Assembly (NCBI GenBank): GCA_963767925.1
Contig: CAVYGB010000013.1
Span: 96,001-160,000 of the forward strand
Source of the DNA: an uncultured delta proteobacterium
Lineage (GTDB): Bacteria > Myxococcota_A > Polyangia > Fen-1088
DNA: 64,000 nt
Reading direction: 5' to 3'
In this document: positions 29,421-38,789 of the stretch, one piece after another
How the letters are laid out: each line of letters begins with the position of its first letter
How positions within the stretch are numbered: the first letter of the stretch is position 1
Notes under the pieces: model-generated
What the model was told of the DNA's origin: nothing
The model's input: only the letters and a program-made list of their open reading frames with translations
The model's database searches: none
Position numbers and translations under genes: made by a program

Positions 29421-30579
29421 CATCCCGAAAACCGACGGTCGGAAACGGCCGCTGGGCATCGCCGCGCTGGAGGACAAAATCGTTCAGCGTGCGATGGTCG
29501 AGGTGCTCAACGCCATCTATGAAACGGACTTTCTCGGGTTCTCCTACGGATTCCGGCCTGGGCGCAGTCAGCACAATGCGCTGGACGCGCTCGCAGTCGG
29601 AATCCTGCGGAAGAAGGTGAACTGGGTGCTCGATGCGGACATTCGTGGATTCTTCGACGCCATCGACCACGAGTGGCTGACGAAATTCGTCGAGCATCGG
29701 GTGGGGGACGGACGGGTCCTGCGGCTCATCCAGAAATGGTTGAGGGCAGGTGTGATGGAAGACGGAAAGTGGACGCAGAGCGAGGTTGGTTCGCCCCAAG
29801 GAGCGACAGTGTCGCCCCTGCTGGCGAATATCTACTTGCACTACGTTCTCGATCTCTGGGTCCAGCAGTGGAGAACTCGGCACGCGTGCGGCGACGTGAT
29901 CGTCGTTCGTTATGCCGATGACTTCATTGTAGGGTTCCAGCATCGTCGAGACGCTGAGCGGTTCCTGGTCGAACTGCGCGAGAGATTCGCGAAGTTCAAA
30001 CTGGAGCTTCACCCTGACAAGACGCGCCTCATCGCGTTCGGGAGGTTCGCCCTCCTAGACCGGCAGAGGAACGGACTGCCAGGCCAACCGGAGACCTTCA
30101 ACTTCCTGGGCTTTACCCACATCAGTGGGCGGACCAAGAAAGGGGCCTTCGTGCTCAAGCGCCAAACGATGCGCCAGAGATTGGCGGCCAAGCTGCATCA
30201 CGTATCCACCGAGCTGCAGCGACGCCGACATCAACCGCCACGGGAACAAGGCCGCTGGCTCCATTCCGTCGTGCGCGGGCATCTCGCGTACTACGGAGTC
30301 TCAACCAACGGCCCGACCCTGGAGTCCTTCCGAACGCAGGTCATCAAGAGCTGGCACCGGTCGCTTCGTCGTCGAGGTGACCGTCGCCGGCTCACCTGGC
30401 AACGGATGGGACGCCTCATCACAAGGTGGATACCGTCTGTTCGCCTCGTACATCCCTGGCCTCAGCGCCGCTTTGACGTCAGAACCCAAGGCAAGAGCCC
30501 AGTGCGGTAGTGCCGCACGCTGGGATCTGCGCGGGGGGCGGCCCGAGCCTTCACAGGCAAGGGCCGTCCCTACCGCGAC
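29421..30579 (+). mobile_element. Group II intron 1, 5'-truncated (RT/maturase plus DV/DVI)
   Basis: DV GAGCCCAGTGCGGTAGTGCCGCACGCTGGGATC at 30495-30527; DVI ending CCCTACCGCGAC at 30579. Confidence 0.9.
29422..30510 (+). pseudogene. ltrA: Group II intron RT/maturase lacking its N-terminal RT0 region; no endonuclease domain
   Basis: IPKTDGRKRPLGI, SYGFRPGR, DADIRGFFD, GSPQG, RYADD, FLGF, X domain. Confidence 0.9.
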
Positions 30580-30786
30580 CGGCAACACCACCCTCATGAC
30601 CACCGAGCTCAAGGCCACGCTGGCCGACCACGCCGCCGGCAACTACGCGTGCTCATGAACCTCGGCGACGAGCTCCTCGCCATCGCCGCCGACCGCGACC
30701 TGCCACGCCTCGACGAGAAGCTCTTCCTCGAGTGCTTCCAGCAGCCCGCGCGCCCCAAGGCCGTGGCACAGGCGAAGAAGCGATGA
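30580..30786 (+). pseudogene. C-terminal fragment of an ExeA-like transposon ATPase (3' exon of intron 1; one frameshift)
   Basis: GNTTLMTTELKATLADHAAGNY/RVLMNLGDELLAIAADRDLPRLDEKLFLECF. Confidence 0.6.
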
Positions 30787-30989
30787 GCCCGCCCCCACCA
30801 CGCGCTCGCGTGACCCTGCCACCACTCGACGGCCGCACCGCCATCACCGTCGTACAGATCCTAGAGAACGTCATCGACGCCATCTGGGACGCCCACCGCG
30901 AAGCCATCAACGAGGTCCGGAGCGACCTCACGACCGCGCCCGTCCTGTCCCTGCGCCCGCCCCCGACCGAGGACGACGGCCTCTTCTGA
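30783..30989 (+). CDS. Small transposon-associated hypothetical protein
   Basis: ATGA-coupled to the ATPase fragment; MSPPPP...LENVIDAIWDAH...DDGLF. Confidence 0.5.
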   Translation: MSPPPPRARVTLPPLDGRTAITVVQILENVIDAIWDAHREAINEVRSDLTTAPVLSLRPPPTEDDGLF

Positions 30990-31056
30990 TCCCTCGACTT
31001 CCCGCGCCCCTCAAACTACGTGATCGAACTCCCCTCAGAAAGCACGCGCACGCTCA

Positions 31057-31638
31057 TTCATGGTCCGATACGCGGACGACGTGGTCATCGTCGTCGGCGA
31101 CGAGGACGATGCACACAGGGTGCTGGCGGTGCTGGGCAAGCGGTTTGCCAAGTATGGCCTCACGCTGCATCCAGAGAAGACCAAGATGCTGGACTTCCGA
31201 AAGCCGCGAGGGCCGCAGTCTCCTGCGGGTCCGTCGTCGCCGAGAAGCTTCGACATGTTGGGATTCACGTGGTTCTGGGGAATCTCCCGCAAGGGCGCCC
31301 CTGTCATCCAACGCAAAACCTCGTCCAGCCGCTTTCGTCGAGCGCTCAGTCGCATCGCTGACTGGTGCCGCCAACATCGGCACGAGCCGGTGGCTGTCCA
31401 ACACGCCGATCTCACCAAGAAGCTCCGCGGGCACTACGCGTATTACGGCATCACCGGAAACGCGCGGTCCCTCAGTCGCTTCCTCCATGAGGTCGAGCGT
31501 GTCTGGCGCTACTGGCTGAACCGCCGGTCATCGCGAGCCAAGATGCTATGGGAACGCTTCTGCAGTCTGCTGCGGCGATACCCGCTGCCGCCGATCCGCA
31601 TCGTCCACAGCATCTACCGGACCGCAGCGAAGCCGTAG
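31057..31638 (+). pseudogene. ltrA: RT/maturase C-terminal fragment starting at the YADD motif
   Basis: FMVRYADD, LHPEKT, FDMLGF, LRGHYAYYG, WLNRRS. Confidence 0.88.
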
Positions 31639-31718
31639 ACCGAGGAGCCGGATGCGAGAAATCCGCACGTCCGGATCTGTGGGAGCCCCGGGCGGGCAAC
31701 CGCCCGGGGCCACCCGAC
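31057..31718 (+). mobile_element. Group II intron 2, 5'-truncated
   Basis: DV GAGCCGGATGCGAGAAATCCGCACGTCCGGATC at 31645-31677; DVI ending CACCCGAC at 31718. Confidence 0.88.
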
Positions 31719-31784
31719 GATCGGTGTGATGTCGGCTGCTCTTCCGAGGAAACTTTTCGGCGGATCACCCCGAATGGAAAGGCG

Positions 31785-32063
31785 GTGCAGTGGGATGAGA
31801 GCACGCTCATCGCGCTGATCAGGGAGGAGGTCCGACGCGTCATCGACGAGGCGGCGCGAGGCGGCGGGCCGGGCGGCGAGACGATGGATGTGCGCGAGCT
31901 GACCGCGCTCCTCGGGCTCAACCGGAAGACCGTCTACAGCCTCATCGCGTGCGGCGAGATCCCGGGCGTGCGGCGGCTCGGGAGGCGGATCGTTGTGCAT
32001 CGGGCGACCGTGATACGGTGGCTGGGTAACGGCCAAGGTTCCGTTCCGCGCTCTCGGAGATGA
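31785..32063 (+). CDS. Excisionase-like HTH protein
   Basis: [37 protein letters not shown] start after GGAAAGG; overlaps the integrase start. Confidence 0.8.
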   Translation: MQWDESTLIALIREEVRRVIDEAARGGGPGGETMDVRELTALLGLNRKTVYSLIACGEIPGVRRLGRRIVVHRATVIRWLGNGQGSVPRSRR

Positions 32064-33319
32064 CCATGAGCGTGAGACAGGAATCGAGACGAGACCCGGT
32101 CACGGGTAAGACACGGAGCTTCTGGATCGTGGACCTTTGTGTGCGCCAGGCTGATGGATCGGAGACGCGCGTCCGGCGCGTTCCCCGGATCCAGTCACGG
32201 CGTGGGGCGGAGCAGCTGGAACGGGAGCTGCTTTCCCAGAGGCCTGCGGAGCAGAGCGCTGGGAAGGAGGAGAAGAAGGAGACGGAGGAGGAGACTTCCA
32301 GGGGGTCGCGGACCTTGGCGGCGTTCGCCACGGACTTCATGGAGAAGTACGCGGTCGCGAACAACAAGCCGTCGGAGATCCAGACGAAGCGCATGATCCT
32401 GGCCCTGCACCTCATCCCGGCGCTGGGTCACCTGCGTCTGGAGCAGATCAGGGGAGCCGAGATCGAGGGCTACAAGAGCGGCAAGCTGAAGGAGGGGCTG
32501 GCGGCCAAGACGGTGAACAACCACCTCATCGTTCTCAGGCGCATGCTCGGCCTGGCGGCGGAGTGGGGGGAGCTGGACCGCGTGCCGGTGGTGAAGTGGC
32601 TCAAGGTGCCGGAGGCGGAGTTCGACTTCCTCGACTTCGAGGAGGCCGAGCGGCTGCTGGCGGCCGTGGAGGAGGGCGAGTGGCGGGCGATGGTCCTGTT
32701 GGCCGTCAAGACGGGGCTTCGCCAGGGCGAGATCCTCGCGCTTCGGTGGGCGGACGTGGATCTGGTGGCCGGGCACCTGGTGGTCCGGCAGTCCGCCACG
32801 CGGGGGATCGTCACCACGCCGAAGAACGGGAAGTCGCGCAAGATCCCGCTCGCTCCGTCGGTGCTGACGGCTCTCAGGAGCCACCGGCATCTCCGGGGCA
32901 AGCTGGTCTTCTGCGCGGCGGACGGGCGCATGCTCACCAAGAACGAGTGCAAGCACCCGCTCTGGCGAGCGTGCCGCCGGGCGGGACTTCGGCAGGTCGG
33001 GTGGCACATGCTCCGGCACACCTTCGCGAGCCACCTCGTCATGCGGGGCGCTCCGATCAAGGCGGTGCAGGAGCTACTCGGCCACGCTTCGATCGAGATG
33101 ACGATGCGCTACGCGCACCTGTCGCCAGACGCCCGGCGGGACGCCGTCGGGCTGCTGGACATCGCCTCGGGCGCGGGCCTGGGACGTGGTCCGTTCCAAG
33201 CGGGGAGTGGCGATCGCGAGTGGCTGGCCGGAGGGGCCGGAGGCTCTTGCTCCGACTCCTCTGACCCAGCGGCCGGGAAAGGCCCGGCATCCGCGGCCGA
33301 GCCAAGCTCGGACCTCTGA
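32060..33319 (+). CDS. Phage-type tyrosine integrase
   Basis: [30 protein letters not shown]: catalytic R-K-HxxR-H-Y set intact. Confidence 0.93.
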   Translation: MTMSVRQESRRDPVTGKTRSFWIVDLCVRQADGSETRVRRVPRIQSRRGAEQLERELLSQRPAEQSAGKEEKKETEEETSRGSRTLAAFATDFMEKYAVANNKPSEIQTKRMILALHLIPALGHLRLEQIRGAEIEGYKSGKLKEGLAAKTVNNHLIVLRRMLGLAAEWGELDRVPVVKWLKVPEAEFDFLDFEEAERLLAAVEEGEWRAMVLLAVKTGLRQGEILALRWADVDLVAGHLVVRQSATRGIVTTPKNGKSRKIPLAPSVLTALRSHRHLRGKLVFCAADGRMLTKNECKHPLWRACRRAGLRQVGWHMLRHTFASHLVMRGAPIKAVQELLGHASIEMTMRYAHLSPDARRDAVGLLDIASGAGLGRGPFQAGSGDREWLAGGAGGSCSDSSDPAAGKGPASAAEPSSDL

Positions 33320-33328
33320 CGCGGATCT

Positions 33329-33407
33329 GCGACAACCTGACGGCAACGACGTCAGAACGAACCGTAACTACCTGACTTAACTGTGGAGGCGCCGGGTACT
33401 GCCCCCG
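33329..33407 (-). other. Putative att region: arm-like repeats plus a tmRNA 3'-end-like core
   Basis: CGACAAC/CGGCAAC repeats at 33330-33347; minus strand 33407-33383 reads CGGG-GGCAGTA-CCCGGCGCCTCCAC. Confidence 0.6.
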
Positions 33408-33511
33408 TCTGTGGGGTTCCGGACGGATCTCATGCACGGAAGACGCGCACGAGATCCGTCGGCCGGGCACGACGCTCGTGCGCCCTCCCGGCCCCGGTCG
33501 CTGGGGCTCCG

Positions 33512-33973
33512 CTACCGGAGGCGCTTTTCCATCGGCAGCACCGGGACCGCCTCGCGCCCGTGGGTCAGCACGCGGTTGCCCGGGCCGGGCTGGAAGCCGG
33601 CGTGGGCGTAGAACGGCACCGCGTTGAGGGACATGGCCCCGTGCAGCCGGGGCAACCCCCGCGCGCGCGCCCGCGCCTCCGCCCAGGCCAGCAGCGTGCG
33701 CCCGTAGCCCCGGCCCTGGGTGGCCCCGTCGACGAACAGGGCCCGCAGCCGCCCGTCACCGAGGTCGAGCTGGGCCGCGCCCACCAGCAGGCCGCCCACC
33801 TCGGCCACCACCGTGTCGAAGGGTAACATCACCTCGAGAAACAGGCTCTGGGCGTAGCCCAGGAAGACCGCCCGCCGCTGCGCCGGTCCGTAGTGGGCCC
33901 GGCAGCCCCGCTCGATGGCCCGTTCGATAAGCCGCAGCACATCCGGGACGTCCTCGAACACCGCCCGCCGCAT
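33512..33973 (-). CDS. GNAT acetyltransferase
   Basis: LFVDGATQGRGYGRTLL, SLNAVPFYAHAGF. Confidence 0.85.
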   Translation of the reverse strand: MRRAVFEDVPDVLRLIERAIERGCRAHYGPAQRRAVFLGYAQSLFLEVMLPFDTVVAEVGGLLVGAAQLDLGDGRLRALFVDGATQGRGYGRTLLAWAEARARARGLPRLHGAMSLNAVPFYAHAGFQPGPGNRVLTHGREAVPVLPMEKRLR

Positions 33974-34068
33974 CCGCCAGCCCGACCCGGCGCGCGACCC
34001 CGCTGTGGGAGCCAGCCGCATCCCTCAACTCTGACACGGCCGCTGCCCGGGGACCGCTCGCGCGGGCG

Positions 34069-35544
34069 CTAGGGCACGGCGCCGAGGCCCGGGCCGGTGA
34101 GCTGGCCGGTGTTCATGACGCCGTCGCGGATGGTGCACAGCCCGGGAAAGCGGGCCTCCCAGGCGGCGTTGGCCGCGGGGACGAACTGGCGGGCGTTGGC
34201 CTCGATGCCGGCGTTGCCCGGCACCCGCGCCGCGATGCCCGCCGAGTGCACCAGCGAGGCGCCGGGGCAGGTCAGGTCCTGCACCGTGATGAACAGGCCG
34301 TTCTTGCGGGCGGCGGCGGCCATCAATACGGCGTGGGTTTGCCCCTTGCACGCCTTCAGCGCGACGCCGGTGTAGCCCATCTGGCGGGCGAGCAAGAGCG
34401 TCTCGGTGTCGGTGAGCGCCTCGTCCACCACCACCGGGCGGAGGCGGGAGGCCGCGTGCATCGGGTTGGCCTTGCTCCCCTGCAGGTCGCGGCTGGTGGG
34501 CTGCTCGATGTAGAGGATGCGCTGGAACCCCTCGGGGGTGGCCTTCTGCAGGCGGGCCAGGTACTCGAGCAGGTAGTCGACGTCGGGGCAGCCCTCGTTG
34601 AAGTCGAGGCAATATTTCCAGTCGCGCACGCCCCGGGCCGGCAGGACCCGGGCCACGATGCGGTCGATGTGGACCGTGCGCTCGTAGTCGGCCGGCAGGT
34701 TGCCCCCGTTGAGCTTGATCTTGAAGCGGAACAGGCCGTCGCGGGCGATCCACTCCTCGAAGGTGTTGGGCAGGCCGTCGGCGAGCGGCTGCTTGACGTC
34801 GGCCGCCTCCAGCGGGTCGCTGGCGCCGATGGAGTGGAACACCGGCATGGTGGCCTGCGGCTCTGCAGCCACGTAGCGGTCGAGGTATTCGCCCCGGTAC
34901 TCCGGACCCAGATCAACCGACAGGTCGCGGGTCATGAAGTCGGCCCCGTAGGTCTGATAGGCGCTCAGCCGGTAGGCCTTGCCGTAGGCGTCGTGCAGGG
35001 CCGCGTCGAAGGCGCTGGCCACCACCAGGGTGGCCAGCTTGGGGATGGCGGTGGGCAGCTTCTGCTCGCGCGAAAGCTCGGCGGCGGCGCGCAGGTACTC
35101 CGGCTCCAGCACGCGAAACAGGTCGATCGGGTGGCCGCTCTCCGTGCAGGCGCCGGTGATGCGGGCCAGCCGGTCGGCCAGGGCGCGCATCGCCGCCTGT
35201 CCCACCTCGTGCGAGGCGGCGGGGAAGGCCCAGGCGTTCCCCAGGGTCATCGATCCGAACCCGCTGGCCTCCCGCCCGTCGCCGGTGCGCAGCCGGCAGG
35301 TCACGTTGCACAAGGTGGTGCGGTCCACCTTTCGCCCCCCGAACATGTAGGGGGCCCGGTAATGGAACTCCTCGAAGGTGTGGCTCACCTCCTGGATGCG
35401 CGCCGCCGTCCCCCGCGCCACCTTCCCCGCCGGGGCGCCGCCGCCTCCGGCCGTCTGCCGCCCGGCACAGCCCGCCGCCAGGGCCGGGGGGGTCAGCGCC
35501 GCCGCCCGCAGCAGCGCCCGCCGCGACAGGGTCACCCTTCTCAT
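34069..35544 (-). CDS. Enolase/mandelate racemase superfamily protein with Tat signal
   Basis: SRRALL signal; KIKLNG, DFNE, YIEQP, VDE, LKACKG, VQDLT. Confidence 0.8.
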   Translation of the reverse strand: MRRVTLSRRALLRAAALTPPALAAGCAGRQTAGGGGAPAGKVARGTAARIQEVSHTFEEFHYRAPYMFGGRKVDRTTLCNVTCRLRTGDGREASGFGSMTLGNAWAFPAASHEVGQAAMRALADRLARITGACTESGHPIDLFRVLEPEYLRAAAELSREQKLPTAIPKLATLVVASAFDAALHDAYGKAYRLSAYQTYGADFMTRDLSVDLGPEYRGEYLDRYVAAEPQATMPVFHSIGASDPLEAADVKQPLADGLPNTFEEWIARDGLFRFKIKLNGGNLPADYERTVHIDRIVARVLPARGVRDWKYCLDFNEGCPDVDYLLEYLARLQKATPEGFQRILYIEQPTSRDLQGSKANPMHAASRLRPVVVDEALTDTETLLLARQMGYTGVALKACKGQTHAVLMAAAARKNGLFITVQDLTCPGASLVHSAGIAARVPGNAGIEANARQFVPAANAAWEARFPGLCTIRDGVMNTGQLTGPGLGAVP

Positions 35545-36326
35545 GGGCGCTTTCCCCCGGCCTGTCCGACCATCGGCACGAAGCGCACCGGCGCCACCGC
35601 CCGCTCGCTGAACTGGCCTTCCCCCGGCCCGCGGGTGATCACGACCAGGTTCTGGTAGCGCTCGCCAACCGGGACCACCAGCCGGCCGCCCGGCGCGAGC
35701 TGCTGCTTGAGCGGCTCGGGCACCTTCGGGGGGGCGGCGGTCACCACGATGGCGTCGAAGGGCGCGGCCTCGGGCCAGCCCTGGTAGCCGTCGCCGATGC
35801 GGGTCTCGATCCGGCCATAGCCCAGGCGCCCGAAGGCCGCGGCGGCCGTTCGCCCCAGCGGCTCGACGATCTCGATGGTGTAGACCTCGGCCCCCAGCTC
35901 GGCCAGCACCGCCGCCTGATAGCCCGATCCGGTGCCGATCTCCAGCACCCGATCCCCCCGGCCCACCGCCGCCAGCTCGCTCATGAGCCCCACGATGTAG
36001 GGCTGGCTGATGGTCTGGTCGTGGCCGATCGGCAGGGGCCGATCTTCGTAGGCCTGGCTGGCGACGCCCGAGGGGACGAAGGCGTGGCGCGGGACCTTGC
36101 CCAGGGCGGCCAGCACGGCGGGGTCGCGTACGCCGCGGGCGGCGATCTGATCGGCCACCATGGCGGCGCGCGCGGGGGCGGTCGGGTCGGCGGGGGCCAG
36201 CGCCGGGGAGGGAGTCCGCGTGCGGCAGGCCGAGGCGCCGGCTGCTACCGGCATCAGGGTCAGCGCCAGCGCGGCGGCGGCCAGCGGGGGCGCGAAGGGA
36301 AGGCTCGAGCGGGGTCGCCGGGGCAT
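35541..36326 (-). CDS. pcm: Protein-L-isoaspartate O-methyltransferase
   Basis: VPRHAFV, QTISQPYIV, VLEIGTGSGYQAA, GDGYQGW, APFDAI, VRFVPM. Confidence 0.95.
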   Translation of the reverse strand: MPRRPRSSLPFAPPLAAAALALTLMPVAAGASACRTRTPSPALAPADPTAPARAAMVADQIAARGVRDPAVLAALGKVPRHAFVPSGVASQAYEDRPLPIGHDQTISQPYIVGLMSELAAVGRGDRVLEIGTGSGYQAAVLAELGAEVYTIEIVEPLGRTAAAAFGRLGYGRIETRIGDGYQGWPEAAPFDAIVVTAAPPKVPEPLKQQLAPGGRLVVPVGERYQNLVVITRGPGEGQFSERAVAPVRFVPMVGQAGGKRP

Positions 36327-36464
36327 GCGCGCCCATTAGGGCCCGCCCCCGGGCCGGCGTCAACCGGGGGGGCGGGGGGCGGGGGGCGGTTTTATGGCCC
36401 GCGCGCTGGCAGGGCGCGACGCCTCGGGGACGGGGACGGGGACGGGAGAGACGACGCCGGGCTC

Positions 36465-36773
36465 CTAGGCGGAGAGAGAGGCGCTCTTCTTGGCTCCGGC
36501 GGGGGGGGAGGTGGGAGTCGCTTCGTCGGGGAGGATGATGTTCAGCTCGAGGACGTCGTAGTCGCCGCTCCGGTCGACCTTGACCGAGACGTTCGACAGA
36601 TCGATTTTCTCGAACTTCGCCAGCACCGCCAGCAGCTCCTGTTGTAGCTGGGGGAGGTAGTCGGGACCACGGCCTCGGGTCGCGTCCCGCTCGCGCGCGA
36701 CGATGATCGAGAGCCTTTCCTTGGCGATCGCGGCGGGTCGCGGCCGCCGACGGAAAAAATCGAGCAGCGTCAT
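36465..36773 (-). CDS. minE: Cell division topological specificity factor MinE
   Basis: AKERLSIIVARER, PDYLPQLQQELLAV, VLELNI. Confidence 0.93.
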   Translation of the reverse strand: MTLLDFFRRRPRPAAIAKERLSIIVARERDATRGRGPDYLPQLQQELLAVLAKFEKIDLSNVSVKVDRSGDYDVLELNIILPDEATPTSPPAGAKKSASLSA

Positions 36774-36794
36774 GGGAGTGACCTCAACGCCCGA

Positions 36795-37604
36795 CTAGCT
36801 GAACAGGCGCGAGAAAATTCCGGCTTTTCGATCCTGCATGAACCGATGTGCACGCTCCTGACCGAGGAACCGATAGGTCACGTCTAGGTACGCCTGGGCC
36901 ACGTCGGTGTGCTCTTCCATGATCGAGGGCGTCCCCTTGTTGGAAGACAGCAGCACCGCCTTGGACTCCGGGATCACGCCCAGCAGGGGGATGCCGAGCA
37001 GCTCGAGCACGTCCTCCGCGCTCAGCATGTCGCCCTTCTTCACCTGGGAAGGGACGTAGCGGGTCAGCAGGAGGTGGGTCTTGACCGGGACGCCCCCGGC
37101 CTCCGCGCGGTTGGTCTTGGAGGCGAGCAGGCCGATCACCCGGTCGGCGTCCCGCACCGACGAGACCTCGGGGTTGGCCACCACGATGGCCTCGTCCGCG
37201 AAGTACATCGCCATCTGGGCGCCCTTCTCGATGCCGGCGGGCGAGTCGCAGATGATGTATTCGAAGCCGAGGTTCCGCAGCTCGGTCATCACCTGGGAGA
37301 CCCCCTCGATGGTGAGCGCCTCCTTGTCCCGGGTCTGCGAGGCGGCCAGCACGTACAGCGTGTCGATCCGCTTGTCCCGGATGAGCGCCTGGTGCAGCTT
37401 GGCCTCGCCCCGGATGACGTTGATGAAGTCGTAGACGACCCGCCGCTCCACCCCGAGCACCAGGTCCAGGTTCCGCAGACCGACGTCGAAGTCGATGGTG
37501 GCGGTTTTCTGTCCCATCATGGCGAGCCCGGCAGCGATGTTCGCGGCAGTGGTGGTCTTCCCCACCCCCCCTTTGCCTGACGTAACGACGACGACTTTGG
37601 ACAC
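36795..37604 (-). CDS. minD: Septum site-determining ATPase MinD
   Basis: SGKGGVGKTT, DFDVGLRNLD, DSPAGIE, NPEVSSVRDADR; C-terminal membrane-targeting GIFSRLF. Confidence 0.96.
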   Translation of the reverse strand: MSKVVVVTSGKGGVGKTTTAANIAAGLAMMGQKTATIDFDVGLRNLDLVLGVERRVVYDFINVIRGEAKLHQALIRDKRIDTLYVLAASQTRDKEALTIEGVSQVMTELRNLGFEYIICDSPAGIEKGAQMAMYFADEAIVVANPEVSSVRDADRVIGLLASKTNRAEAGGVPVKTHLLLTRYVPSQVKKGDMLSAEDVLELLGIPLLGVIPESKAVLLSSNKGTPSIMEEHTDVAQAYLDVTYRFLGQERAHRFMQDRKAGIFSRLFS

Positions 37605-37723
37605 GTGTGCCTCCTATTAGAGCGGAACCCTCTAGAGGTCCCAACCGTGTCTTCCACTAAAGGGCAGGATCGCTCCCGCCACAAATTTTTTGCCTGTTTT
37701 CGCCCGGTGGGGACCCCTGCGCC

Positions 37724-38548
37724 TCACAGCGGCAGGATCACGCACTCGCCGTTGCGGACGAAGATCTGGGCCGGCTTGCCCAGGCGGTCGGGGGGGATGT
37801 CGTCGAAGGTGACGTAGGCGCCGCTGACCGCGATCAGCTCGGCCTCCAGCTTCTGGCAGAAGATGCAGGCATCGGTGAAACCCTTGGCTCCCGCCACCGC
37901 CCGCCCGCGCAGGGGCGCGTAGACGTGGATGTTGCCGTCGGCGACGATCTGCGCGCCCGGGTTCACAGGGGCCAGGACGATGAGGTCGTTCCGTTCGGCG
38001 TAGATCAGCTGCCCCGAGCGCACCGGCTCGCGGATCACCATCGGCACCCGGTGGGCGGCCAGCGGCGGGCGCAGGGCCGCCTCGGCGGGCGGCCCCGCCG
38101 GGGCGGCGGTCGCGGCGCCGTCGGACCCGGGCGTGGCGGTCGGGCCGGGCGCCGAGGGGGCGCGGGGCGCGGGGCCGATGGGCGCGTTCAGCGAGACGAT
38201 ACCCAGGCCGGCGGCCAGCGCCGCCGCCCGGTAGGCGTCGTCGATGTTGGCCACCGCCACCGGGACCACCCGGCAGACCCCGAGGGCCCGCACCAGCGCG
38301 CCCAGCGGGAACCCGGCCAGCCCCCCTTCCAGCTCGGCCAGGTCGAGCACCACCGGCGCGTCCTGGAAGAACTGCGGGAACTGGGTCACCTTGGCCCGGA
38401 GCTGCCGCTCGATGAGGTTGAGGTCGCGGGATCGCAGCCGCAGGACCGTCATCGAGGCCATCACCCCTTTGAGGTCGAAGGCGGCGTGGCTTCGGGTCAC
38501 GGCCGTCACGGCGCTTTCCGGGGGGCGGTCGCTCGAGAACGCTTCCAT
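37724..38548 (-). CDS. minC: Septum site-determining protein MinC
   Basis: FDLKG, PQFF, VRSGQLIYA, ADGNIHVY..LRGRAVAG, LEAELIAVSG. Confidence 0.93.
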   Translation of the reverse strand: MEAFSSDRPPESAVTAVTRSHAAFDLKGVMASMTVLRLRSRDLNLIERQLRAKVTQFPQFFQDAPVVLDLAELEGGLAGFPLGALVRALGVCRVVPVAVANIDDAYRAAALAAGLGIVSLNAPIGPAPRAPSAPGPTATPGSDGAATAAPAGPPAEAALRPPLAAHRVPMVIREPVRSGQLIYAERNDLIVLAPVNPGAQIVADGNIHVYAPLRGRAVAGAKGFTDACIFCQKLEAELIAVSGAYVTFDDIPPDRLGKPAQIFVRNGECVILPL

Positions 38549-38735
38549 GTTTTTTGCCTGACCTCCAGGCGGGGTTAATCCGCCGATTGTCGGCGACCCC
38601 CGTCGCCCGTCAACTTTCACGCCCGGGAAGCGCGCTACCGGGTGCGTCGCGCGCTTCGCACTGGAGGGCCCCGAGGTCGGCAATTCGTTTTGCACCGCGC
38701 TGCATAAGAGGGCGGAAACATGGGGTCAACGTCGC

Positions 38736-38751
38736 TGGCCCGCAAGATGCA
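38736..38751 (+). promoter_or_regulatory. Putative sigma-54 promoter
   Basis: TGGCCCGCAAGATGCA has exact -24 GG / -12 GC spacing, ~40 nt upstream of an AGGAGG-led ORF. Confidence 0.55.
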
Positions 38752-38789
38752 ATTGTTTCCCGGTGTCACCGTCAGGAGGAAAAAACCAG

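Larger units (their letters stand above)
30580..31056 (+). mobile_element. Right end of an ExeA/DDE-type transposon
   Basis: Two CCCCTCA...ACG(T/C)G subterminal repeats and a terminal CA abutting a broken RT gene. Confidence 0.55.
17670..33407. mobile_element. Eroded genomic island
   Basis: Visibly lower GC and relaxed codon usage; dense IS, intron and cassette content; xis-int plus att-like core at the right end; truncated host gene at the left end. Confidence 0.75.

Noticed and set aside
29421..31718. Retron, DGR or defence RT system from two adjacent RTs
   Set aside because: Both RTs have maturase regions followed by DV/DVI; no TR/VR repeat pair or msr-msd seen
32060..33319. Integron integrase IntI serving the attC sites
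   Set aside because: Phage-type layout with excisionase, no evident IntI-specific insertion, and 13 kb from the cassettes
33300..33510. Full tmRNA or tRNA gene
   Set aside because: Only 25 nt match; no 5' acceptor strand, D/anticodon arms or tag reading frame nearby
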